Below, one piece after another: positions 19,822-28,033 of a stretch of 64,000 nt of DNA. Made by a program: the position numbers and the translations under genes. How positions within the stretch are numbered: the first letter of the stretch is position 1; each line of letters begins with the position of its first letter. Source of the stretch: a virus (Duplodnaviria > Caudoviricetes); IMG/VR virus record IMGVR_UViG_3300024999_001770, positions 1,730 through 65,729 of that record, one strand, 5' to 3'. Under the pieces are notes generated by a model. It made no database searches. It saw only the letters and a list, made by a program, of their open reading frames with translations, and was not told where the DNA came from.

Positions 19822-20197
19822 CATGGGTATTAGGATTGACCAGTGGAAGCAGTTCGGCGTCTATTAGTCTTATTACGGATCCATTATCAATAATATCTGG
19901 TTCACCATTTTCCTCAGCATACTTATCTACGATTTTCTTGCGCTGTTGAAAGACGATAGTTTGATCAATCCGGAAGACCTTTCCCTCAGGGGAAGTTCCT
20001 GCCTCTTTCACGAAACTTTCTTCTTCTTGTTCAAGATTGAATTCAACTAATTTACCCTTAAAAGTCCCAGCAGCTGTTAGAATAACAACGTTCATTGGGA
20101 AAGTATTTTTATCCAACGAATCTTGTAAGTTTCCAAGGATTGAAAGGGTTAATTTCTTTAGTGAAATACGATTGGGCGTTGATACTTTATCTTCCAT
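19757..20197 (-). CDS. Hypothetical moron protein with a sigmaH-type promoter
   Basis: RBS GGAGGTG; ACAGGGTTT-N11-GTCGAAT upstream (20249-20275). Confidence 0.7.
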   Translation of the reverse strand: MEDKVSTPNRISLKKLTLSILGNLQDSLDKNTFPMNVVILTAAGTFKGKLVEFNLEQEEESFVKEAGTSPEGKVFRIDQTIVFQQRKKIVDKYAEENGEPDIIDNGSVIRLIDAELLPLVNPNTHVNFPELILFVDQIIGFSLVSQ

Positions 20198-20303
20198 TTA
20201 TTTTCACCTCCTCCCTGAAACAGATTGGTTAGCCGTGATAACTACCAAATTCGACACAAAGGAGGAAAACCCTGTAAATAATAAAGAAACGCCCTGAAAG
20301 GCG

Positions 20304-20459
20304 CTATTGAACTAAGTATTGCTTATGTGACTGTTTTCTTTTTTCATCGGACAGGACAGAGTAAATCAAGGTTGTTGCAGGATCTACGTGCCCGAGAAGT
20401 CCCTGCACGGCTACCAGATCAGCACCGTTGTTTAACATTAATGTTGCGAAAGTGTGCCT
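20304..20459 (-). pseudogene. C-terminal 51 aa of the Xer-type tyrosine recombinase (separated by the RIT insertion)
   Basis: Translates [33 protein letters not shown]...YLVQ*, containing the catalytic R, H and Y. Confidence 0.95.
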
Positions 20460-20587
20460 GAGCAAATCCAAACTTTTGGATTTTCTCCGAAATCAAAACT
20501 ATAATAAAATCCAAACTTACCAACCAAAAGTAAGGGAAATCAATATCTTTAGTAGTAGAAAAGTTTGGATTTTATTTATAGACGGGA

Positions 20588-21628
20588 TCATTTCTTAAAG
20601 CCGCAGAAGTCTATCAATGATCCATTTGGGTTCTTCCATTTCTTAGTGATTTTTTTATCGTTCTCATTTTCAAGCGTTGCCAGTGCTTTCGCTTTATCCT
20701 CTGTCGTTATATCAAGGTAGATCATGGTGGTCTCCAAGTGCTTATGTCCAAGAAGGAAACTGACTTGCAAGACGTTAAGCCCATCTTCAATCCAGTGAGA
20801 GGCTTTTCCATGGCGAAATTGATGGGCATGTATGGTTAATGGCACATCCACGCATATTTCGTGTGCTTTCTTACCATACATCTTCAATCTTTTGTCTATT
20901 GCAGGTTCCGTCATCTTCACATATTTTCCACCCACTCTGGAATAAAAAAGGTAGGCATCCGGATCCGCCGGATTTCCATGGACTTCATACACATATTTTT
21001 TGATATGTGAGACTGCTCTTGGTAGAAGATAAAGCGTCCTTGTCTTCTGGCCCTTGCCGACAATGGTGACATACGGCTTCTTCTGATCCATGTGCAATTG
21101 TTTGATCCTTACTGACAGGATCTCGTCCAGTCTTGCTGCAGTCGCATACAAAAGGATCATGAAAACAAGATCCCTTTTCCCAATGCTTGTAGCCGGATCC
21201 GGTAATGACAGCATGGCGTTAACGGCATCCCGTGTCAGTCCACTGACTTTCTTAGGGACGCATTTCTGCCTTTTAATTGACCTTGCATCCTGATACAGGT
21301 ACATGAATCTGACATCCCGGCTGCCAACATACTCAAGAAAGACGCGGATAGAAGCAAGACGTACATTACATGTGTCCGGACAGCAGTTGCGGCTTTCTTT
21401 AAGCCATCGGATCCATTTCTCGATATACAGCTTTTCGAAGCATGCCTTTGTGAAATCAGAGGGCGTTATACCTTCGGATTCGAGGAACAGCACATAAAGA
21501 GTTAATGCATCCTTATAAGATTTCAGTGTACGTTCACTATTTGTCAGGCTACCTGGAGCATAATCATAAAGGAAAGTCGCTATGTATCGTGAGAATGTCA
21601 CAGCTTCATTATTATTCTTCATCATCAA
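20588..21628 (-). CDS. ritC: RIT tyrosine recombinase C
   Basis: ATAARLDE, GKGQKTR, HAHQFRH and LGHKHLETTMIY motifs. Confidence 0.9.
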   Translation of the reverse strand: MMMKNNNEAVTFSRYIATFLYDYAPGSLTNSERTLKSYKDALTLYVLFLESEGITPSDFTKACFEKLYIEKWIRWLKESRNCCPDTCNVRLASIRVFLEYVGSRDVRFMYLYQDARSIKRQKCVPKKVSGLTRDAVNAMLSLPDPATSIGKRDLVFMILLYATAARLDEILSVRIKQLHMDQKKPYVTIVGKGQKTRTLYLLPRAVSHIKKYVYEVHGNPADPDAYLFYSRVGGKYVKMTEPAIDKRLKMYGKKAHEICVDVPLTIHAHQFRHGKASHWIEDGLNVLQVSFLLGHKHLETTMIYLDITTEDKAKALATLENENDKKITKKWKNPNGSLIDFCGFKK

Positions 21629-22583
21629 CCACCTCTGGTACTATGGCATTGAAATCCAACTCCGTCTTGTCGATCAGAATATCAGCAAGACGGGGAACGA
21701 TTGAATAATAATAACGTGTCGCCTCTATAGAACGATGCCCCATGGATTTTGAAAGATAATGCAGCTTATCGCTGAATTCATAACCATCATCACTCCAACT
21801 ATTGATGTTTACGATTGCATAATGATGGCGGACATCATATGCGACAGGCGAAGCCACAGAACCATTCGCCTTGTTCCACAGCGCACGAAAGTTATCCTGT
21901 ACCCAATCCCTGGAATAGTGGGGGCCTTTGCTGGACTGGAAGAAATATGCCCTGGACGGCTGCAGTTCAGAAATCGCCTGATTGTATTTCGTCATAAGGT
22001 TGGTCATCGTATCATGCATCGCGATATAATGCTGGTCATATCCTTTCGATCTCTGGATATCAATGACACCACGTTCAAGGTCGACGTTCTCTGTCCTGAG
22101 CAGCCTCGCCTCAGTTGTACGCATACCAGTGCTGTATAATAAACGGAAAAAGACTGGAACCGTGAACTTCCTTATGACCGATGCCCGCCTTCCGAGATAT
22201 GGCTGAATACTATCACAGACATGGAAGAAACGTTTCAGTTCATCCTCCTCAAATGCATATGGAATGTATGTTTGGGGTTCTGGTCTGAGGACAGCAGGAG
22301 GAAGGACATCCGTAAGCTCCCTGCATCGTAGGTAATCAATGAACGTCCTTATGACCCTAGTCCTAGTTTCATATGAGCGGTTTGTTTCGGTATCCCTTTT
22401 GGCACACCAAACATCAACCATCTCCTGTGTTAGTACCGTACTCGACTGATAGTTGTCAGCACAGAAATGGTCGAAAAGCTTGATGTTCAGCCCATAACAC
22501 GGTTCGTTCCATGAACCGGATGCCTTACGGTATTCAATAAAGCGTTCTATTAGCTTTGAAAAACCAGATCTGAACTGGCTCAT
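21612..22583 (-). CDS. ritB: RIT tyrosine recombinase B
   Basis: STGMRTTE, YDVRHHYA and MGHRSIEATRYY motifs. Confidence 0.9.
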   Translation of the reverse strand: MSQFRSGFSKLIERFIEYRKASGSWNEPCYGLNIKLFDHFCADNYQSSTVLTQEMVDVWCAKRDTETNRSYETRTRVIRTFIDYLRCRELTDVLPPAVLRPEPQTYIPYAFEEDELKRFFHVCDSIQPYLGRRASVIRKFTVPVFFRLLYSTGMRTTEARLLRTENVDLERGVIDIQRSKGYDQHYIAMHDTMTNLMTKYNQAISELQPSRAYFFQSSKGPHYSRDWVQDNFRALWNKANGSVASPVAYDVRHHYAIVNINSWSDDGYEFSDKLHYLSKSMGHRSIEATRYYYSIVPRLADILIDKTELDFNAIVPEVVDDEE

Positions 22584-23839
22584 GGACAGAACACCCCCTC
22601 ACTTACCGGGAATGCCTCTATACTTAAAGTGCATTCTTTCAGGTGCACAAGGTCAGCATGGAGGTATGGATCCAATGAATGGGGGTTTGAATGCCCCAGC
22701 GTCTGACTGATAACCGGCCGAGGGATTCCGCTGCCCAGGAAAGATGTCGCGACATTGTGCCTGAAAAGATGCGTTCCACGACGGTCGCCTTTTTTCTGCC
22801 GCAAAGAAGCGGCTTTATAAATTTTGGCTGCCTGATGCCAGACAGCACTAGCTTTAAACGGATAATGAGGATAAACCTCGCTAAGAAACAAGTGAGTATC
22901 GTTGCTTTTGGGCCGTTCATTTACAAGATAATCATAAATGGAATTTCCAATAGTTGCTGTAAGAGGAAGAACTAGCGGTTGTCCAGTCTTCTGTTGCAGA
23001 AAATGTATTTCGTCAGCATCCCAGTCAATGGAACTGAGTTCCATCTCAGCGATATCGCACGCTCTTATCCCTGTAAAGAACAGTAGTTTACCAACCGCCC
23101 TGTCTCGTAATGATAAGCCAGAATTTCTGTCATCAAGCAAGGCATGGATGGATTCAACTTCTTCAGATGTGAGAAACTGGATATTTTTTCTTTTGGGGCG
23201 TATCGGAGGAAGGTATGCAAGGAGAATCTGACATTCTTTTTCTTTCCAGCCAATCCCAGCTTTAAAAACAGCCGCTAGCTGTTTTTTGTAGCTACTACAC
23301 TTAGAAACCTTGCCCTCGCTGTCAAGAAAAAAGGAGAGCACATCTTCTTCATTGATACAGTCAAGACTTTGTAAGCCTTTCTTTTGCATGGCACAGAGGA
23401 AAGTTGATGCGGCAGACGCATTCCCATAAATTGTCCGTTCTTTCAGACCGCGGAGTTTATCTGATGCCATGTAAAAATCTATAAATTCCTTGAATTCTGG
23501 GATAAGTTGATAATAAGTGCCTCGTTTTATGAAACAGTTTTTGATTCTTCTGTTCGGATATTCTCCATAAAGATCGAATTGCTGTATGGCTCCAAATGCT
23601 ATCCTTTGGTTCTTCTTATACAGTTTCGATTCTGATTTATGTACCCGGTCATTGTAGACATCAATATAAGATTGCCATGATCTATACTTTTCATTTTTCA
23701 GTATCCATTTGATATCCTCATGAACAAGCCGGATATAGCTTTCTGTGTATTCCTCCTTTTCAATGTAATCCAATAGTTCACGATAATGCTGTTGCAAATG
23801 TGTAAAATCCATATATGAACACCTCCTTGGTTTTATCAT
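22580..23839 (-). CDS. ritA: RIT tyrosine recombinase A
   Basis: TGIRACD, HLFRHNVA and LGHSNPHSLDPY motifs. Confidence 0.9.
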   Translation of the reverse strand: MIKPRRCSYMDFTHLQQHYRELLDYIEKEEYTESYIRLVHEDIKWILKNEKYRSWQSYIDVYNDRVHKSESKLYKKNQRIAFGAIQQFDLYGEYPNRRIKNCFIKRGTYYQLIPEFKEFIDFYMASDKLRGLKERTIYGNASAASTFLCAMQKKGLQSLDCINEEDVLSFFLDSEGKVSKCSSYKKQLAAVFKAGIGWKEKECQILLAYLPPIRPKRKNIQFLTSEEVESIHALLDDRNSGLSLRDRAVGKLLFFTGIRACDIAEMELSSIDWDADEIHFLQQKTGQPLVLPLTATIGNSIYDYLVNERPKSNDTHLFLSEVYPHYPFKASAVWHQAAKIYKAASLRQKKGDRRGTHLFRHNVATSFLGSGIPRPVISQTLGHSNPHSLDPYLHADLVHLKECTLSIEAFPVSEGVFCP

Positions 23840-23946
23840 ATATGAGTCTTACCTTCAAAATAAAATCCAAACTTTATAGAAGCCAAAGCCTATGGTTTAT
23901 TTGATTTTTGGCAGATAGTTTGGATTTTATTATAGTTTTGATTTCT

Positions 23947-24792
23947 GAAAATATGAGGATGCACGTTTTTGGTGACCTCTGATCGACCGGCTATGACCTT
24001 AACCTCTCGCTGGATGCCCTTTGCCGAAAGCCTTCGGTAAGGCCGGCGCTCCGTTACAAACAGTGCGTCCACGGTGTCGGAACGCTTCTTTAGGTATTTT
24101 TGCAAGTGATACATGGCTTTAAAGCTAAAATAAACGGGACGCTGTTTATTTCCTTTTCCAACAACAACCACTGACATTGCTTGATAGTCGATATCTCCCC
24201 GGTTCAATTGTTGTACTTCGGTGAGACGCGCCCCAGTGGCATAGTATACCTCAATGAGTGCTCGTTCTCGGGGTGTGACACAGGCCTCGCGGATCATCTC
24301 AAGTTCTTCTATCGTGAGTGCCTTTGGTGCTCTTTGTTCTTTCTTTGGTGGCTTGATTTGCTTAGTTGCGTCGTTGGGAATTATTTTCTCTGCCGTCAGC
24401 CAGCCGAACATAGATTTTAGAACAGACAATTTCTTGGATATTGAAGAAGTTTTGAGGTGATCGAATTCGCTAAGGAAGATCCTGATGTCTGCAGTGGTGA
24501 TCTCATCAGTAGCTTTGTGGATGTGTTCAGAAAAGATCCGAAGTTCAAGAGTGTAACTTTCTAGCGTTGAAATAGCGAGGCCCTCGAGCTTTTTACCGGC
24601 CAAGAACAGTTTGATTTTGGCTGCTAGATCGGGATGGCCGTTGGGTACCAGCGCTGGCTTGATGTCGTATTGGGAAAGGATGACGGAAAGTGTTTTCTGT
24701 AATTCAAGCTTGTCCAGATTTGGGCAAAAAATGGCGCCCACCACCTGCTCGAGCAGAATTTCAGCGGTTGAGCTAAGTATTTGTTGAGACAT
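23947..24792 (-). pseudogene. N-terminal 282 aa of the Xer-type tyrosine recombinase, interrupted at the HxxR motif
   Basis: ATGARLTE, GKGNKQR and VHPHIF, then reads into the RIT inverted repeat; joining to 20304-20459 gives 333 aa. Confidence 0.95.
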
Positions 24793-24809
24793 ATCTCTTT
24801 TCGCTCCTC

Positions 24810-24912
24810 TTGTTTAACCCGGAGCGATCACCTACAATATAAATGTAAGGCGCTCCGGTGTCTTCTATAAGCACTCGTCTAGGCCGGCAAGCTAGGGACG
24901 GGTGCTTTCTTG
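24810..24912 (+). ncRNA. Candidate antisense RNA to the recombinase leader
   Basis: TTGTTT-N17-TACAAT (24810-24838), no ORF, terminal hairpin AAGCACTCGTC...GACGGGTGCTTT. Confidence 0.55.
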
Positions 24913-25206
24913 TTGGGTAACTAATTCAATTGCGGAATCAACTTCCTTAATACATCTCTCGTAATTAGCCTTACGAGCCTTAAGGAGCTTCACGAGGGCA
25001 TTCCGTGCACGTTTTTTAACCACCATAAACTGCTCGCCATACGATTCGGTATTAACTTTGACCATAAGCGCGTCCGGGAATTGCTCTTTTATAAACGGAA
25101 ATATGTCGTCTGCGAGTTCTTCGTTGGCCAGATAGTGGGGAGTTCCTTTTCTCTTGCTAATTTCCTTTACTGTCCATTCAGCGTGGTCTCTGTTAAATTC
25201 TTTCAC
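24892..25206 (-). CDS. Hypothetical protein upstream of the recombinase
   Basis: RBS AAGGAGG plus GTG; 104 aa. Confidence 0.7.
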   Translation of the reverse strand: MKEFNRDHAEWTVKEISKRKGTPHYLANEELADDIFPFIKEQFPDALMVKVNTESYGEQFMVVKKRARNALVKLLKARKANYERCIKEVDSAIELVTQQESTRP

Positions 25207-25209
25207 AGA

Positions 25210-25359
25210 TTATCCCTCCTTTACGCTATGAACTCTGTGGGTAAACAACCATTTTCCCAGAGGTTTTGAGTAGTAGTATTCTTTGCCGCATTTGCAGGTA
25301 CAGTTTGAGTTTTTGGCTGCTTTGGTAGTAGCTCCGCAAGTGCAGGTTAGCCTTTTCAT
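25210..25359 (-). CDS. 49-aa Cys-rich protein (MKRLTCTCG...CTCKCG), absent from the ORF track
   Basis: RBS GAGGAGG; translated by hand. Confidence 0.6.
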   Translation of the reverse strand: MKRLTCTCGATTKAAKNSNCTCKCGKEYYYSKPLGKWLFTHRVHSVKEG

Positions 25360-25515
25360 TATTGTTTCCTCCTCTGTTTTTGATCAACTCTCTAATGCTT
25401 TTGATCAACCTTATGATTATATTATACAGAAAATACATCAACCTGTCAACTATTATAATCAGAGTATTGATGTTTTTTATTAAATATGTTATCATCTTTT
25501 TAAAGAGGTGTTAAC

Positions 25516-25728
25516 ATGATCGAAAATAAGCTAAGTGAAGTCATGGGTCGAAAACGCTTGAAGATATCCGACGTGATCGAGGGTACTGGATTAGCTCGTA
25601 ATACTGTGGCGGAGATGTACCACGGGAGGTCGAAGGCAACTAATTTCGAGACACTCGATAAGCTCTGCACCTTCTTGGATGTCGGAGTGGGGGAGTTATT
25701 AGAACACAAAAAAGACGCTGAAGTTTAA
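25516..25728 (+). CDS. XRE/Cro-type HTH regulator
   Basis: TGLARNTV and FETLDKLCTFLDVGVGELLE motifs; divergent from the recombinase operon. Confidence 0.88.
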   Translation: MIENKLSEVMGRKRLKISDVIEGTGLARNTVAEMYHGRSKATNFETLDKLCTFLDVGVGELLEHKKDAEV

Positions 25729-25815
25729 TCTTTAGCGTCTTTTGTATTACGAGTTATTTTTAATCGCCAACGATGGCGGTTATTTTTATGGGTAGCAACG
25801 AAAGGATGGCGAAAA

Positions 25816-26217
25816 ATGAACGTAAAAGAGTTTAGCTTTAGTACCATGATAGCTGCAGTAGGGACGGTCGTGAGCGCATGCCTGGGAGGGTGGGATAGGG
25901 GATTACAAGCGCTCATATACTGCATGGCCCTAGATTACGCATTTGGGCTATTGGGAGCCATCAAAAACAAGCAAGTAAACAGCGAGACCATGTTTTGGGG
26001 CGGCATCCGGAAAGGGTCCATCCTTGCAGTCTTGTCCATTGCTGTCGTGTTGGATGGCCTAGTAGGAAATCACGAACCAATTTTTCGCACGATGGCTGTC
26101 TATTTTTACGTAGGGAGAGAAGGGTGGTCTATAGCAGAAAACTTGGGCATCCTTGGGGTGCCATTGCCAGGAGGGCTTAAAAAAATATTGACTCAACTAC
26201 AGGAGAAGGGGGATTAA
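25816..26217 (+). CDS. Holin (toxin secretion/phage lysis holin family)
   Basis: LGGWD, GIRKG and EGWSIAENLG..GVPLP motifs. Confidence 0.92.
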   Translation: MNVKEFSFSTMIAAVGTVVSACLGGWDRGLQALIYCMALDYAFGLLGAIKNKQVNSETMFWGGIRKGSILAVLSIAVVLDGLVGNHEPIFRTMAVYFYVGREGWSIAENLGILGVPLPGGLKKILTQLQEKGD

Positions 26218-26218
26218 C

Positions 26219-27058
26219 GTGAGTGACATAATTTATGATCTGGTATTCGACCCGGGACACGGGGGATCTGATCCGGGAGCATTAGGACCAACGACCAGGG
26301 AGAAAAATAATGTGCTGATACTGGCCAAAAAAACAGCGACATACCTAGAACAAACTGGGCGCTTTAGGGTGAAGTTCACCAGGACTACTGACATAGATTT
26401 CTGTGGTGGAGCGCACTACAGTGAAGATCTGGATCTTAAGAATCGGGTTAATGTGGCCAATGCTCTGGGTGGAAAAGCATTCGTTTCATTCCATAATAAC
26501 TCAGCTGCAGCAAAAGCATACGGAAATGAAGTATACGCTGCAGCTGCAGGAGGCGAAGGGGAGAAACTGGCCAAGGCTATACGCGCTCGGATGGCCGCGC
26601 AGCTTGACATGGTAGACCGCGGTGTTAAGTTCGCAGGGTGGTATGTATGCAAATGGACCGATATGCCGGCCGTGCTCATTGAGTACGGCTTTATTAATTC
26701 CGAGGAAGCTGTAATCTTGGACAAGATGGACCAGGCGGCCCTAACGATTGCCCAAGGAATCGGTGACCATTTTGGCGTAAGTGTCAATGCACCAAGAAAG
26801 GAGGCATACGACGTGAAAGAAGCTGTTTTGGCTTATGGAATCGAAGATTACCTGGTACCCGCACGCAGAGAATCAATTAAGCTCGGTAACTGTGCTGTAT
26901 TTACTAGGCTCGATGACAAAAAACCACCGGCAGACGTTTTCAAGGCAGAGCACTTGACCATTGTCGGTGGCGGATCCGTCGGTCATCCAAATGAAACAAT
27001 TCTATCAGGGGAAACGTGGGGAGATACCGCAGCTGCTGTAAGCGCAACCGGCGCGTAA
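26219..27058 (+). CDS. Endolysin, N-acetylmuramoyl-L-alanine amidase (Amidase_3) with C-terminal domain
   Basis: DPGHGG.DPGA, SFHNNS and PAVLIEYGFI motifs; internal RBS plus GTG at 26813. Confidence 0.93.
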   Translation: MSDIIYDLVFDPGHGGSDPGALGPTTREKNNVLILAKKTATYLEQTGRFRVKFTRTTDIDFCGGAHYSEDLDLKNRVNVANALGGKAFVSFHNNSAAAKAYGNEVYAAAAGGEGEKLAKAIRARMAAQLDMVDRGVKFAGWYVCKWTDMPAVLIEYGFINSEEAVILDKMDQAALTIAQGIGDHFGVSVNAPRKEAYDVKEAVLAYGIEDYLVPARRESIKLGNCAVFTRLDDKKPPADVFKAEHLTIVGGGSVGHPNETILSGETWGDTAAAVSATGA

Positions 27059-27117
27059 TACCCCCAAGCATAATCGCAAGCGCTTGCCAATTTGAAAATA
27101 TAAAAGGGGGAAATAGA

Positions 27118-27618
27118 ATGTCAGTTCAAAACGTAACCTTGTTGATTGCTATCCTATCCTTGGTATGTTTCTTCGGAACGATGTACGGGATCCAGGTGCT
27201 AGTTAAGCAGGGTAAAGACCCGGGTAAACAACTGCAGGTAGCTGATGCTATCGTGGATACGGTGGCATCGGCCCACACAGCTTTGGAGACTTTTATCCCA
27301 GATCCCGTAGATAATATTATTGATACGGTCCTTAAGATAACACAGGTAGGTGTGCATTCAGCGCAGCAACTTTATAATAGTGGACAACTTCCTCCTGATC
27401 TGCGGAAAGACCAGGCGACGGATTATGCAGTCAATATGATCAAGCTAACTGGGCGTGAGATTACGCCGGAATTAGAACAGACGATTAGAAATACTGCGGA
27501 GGCAGCCGTATTCGTGATGAAGCAAAAGGATCAGAAGTTGGATTCCGTGGTACCAATAAAGGATCAACAGCTAACAACTTTTCAACCAGCGATTGAACAA
27601 ATTCCGCAATCAACATAA
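27118..27618 (+). CDS. Second holin-like membrane protein (LL-H-like)
   Basis: ATG 27118 with RBS; single N-terminal TM helix; VHSAQQLY and AEAAVF motifs. Confidence 0.65.
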   Translation: MSVQNVTLLIAILSLVCFFGTMYGIQVLVKQGKDPGKQLQVADAIVDTVASAHTALETFIPDPVDNIIDTVLKITQVGVHSAQQLYNSGQLPPDLRKDQATDYAVNMIKLTGREITPELEQTIRNTAEAAVFVMKQKDQKLDSVVPIKDQQLTTFQPAIEQIPQST

Positions 27619-27632
27619 TAACGATAGATCAC

Positions 27633-27664
27633 GAGCCCCCACTGAAAGGTGGGGGCTATTTTTA
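27633..27664 (+). terminator. Terminator of the lysis/late operon
   Basis: AGCCCCCAC-tgaaag-GTGGGGGCT followed by a T-run. Confidence 0.8.
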
Positions 27665-27711
27665 TGTCTTTCTTCTCATAATAATGTCTAAGACGCGTAG
27701 TATCATAATAA

Positions 27712-27954
27712 ATGAAATGGGGGATTAGTTTAATGGTGCTTTATCAAGTCTCTTACGAAGAAAACGATATGTGGTACACCGCAGGGTATACCTTTGCTCA
27801 TGATGGATTTCAGGCAATTGATCTTGTTCGCATAAAGCGTTTGGGCGACATTTGTAAGAAAACTGGAATGAATCGTGATGAGGTTATGAATGAAATGAAC
27901 TTTGACTTTATGGAAGTTACTACCATAGATCAAGAAAATATTTATAAAAGTTAA
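27712..27954 (+). CDS. Small hypothetical protein
   Basis: ORF only; start uncertain. Confidence 0.45.
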   Translation: MKWGISLMVLYQVSYEENDMWYTAGYTFAHDGFQAIDLVRIKRLGDICKKTGMNRDEVMNEMNFDFMEVTTIDQENIYKS

Positions 27955-28033
27955 ATTATATTTGAATTTTAGGCAGGAAAATACAAAGAAAAGTGGAAAA
28001 GGTTCCCTTTAGGAACATTTAGGAGGGAACCTT

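Larger units (their letters stand above)
20458..23948 (-). mobile_element. RIT element (Recombinase In Trio), 3487 bp, bounded by a CTGA direct repeat
   Basis: Three overlapping tyrosine recombinase genes; 29-bp perfect inverted repeat at 20489-20517 and 23917-23945; 18-bp inner inverted repeat at 20560-20577 and 23858-23875. Confidence 0.93.

Noticed and set aside
17010-20300. Diversity-generating retroelement or invertible shufflon at the tail fibre
   Set aside because: No reverse transcriptase or TR/VR pair seen; the recombination-like sites are in direct orientation and there is no inverted spare fibre tip
23890-23946. C-terminus RNQNYNKIQ...KP of the 300-aa ORF as a real protein end
   Set aside because: It is read-through into the RIT inverted repeat; the true C-terminus is at 20304-20459
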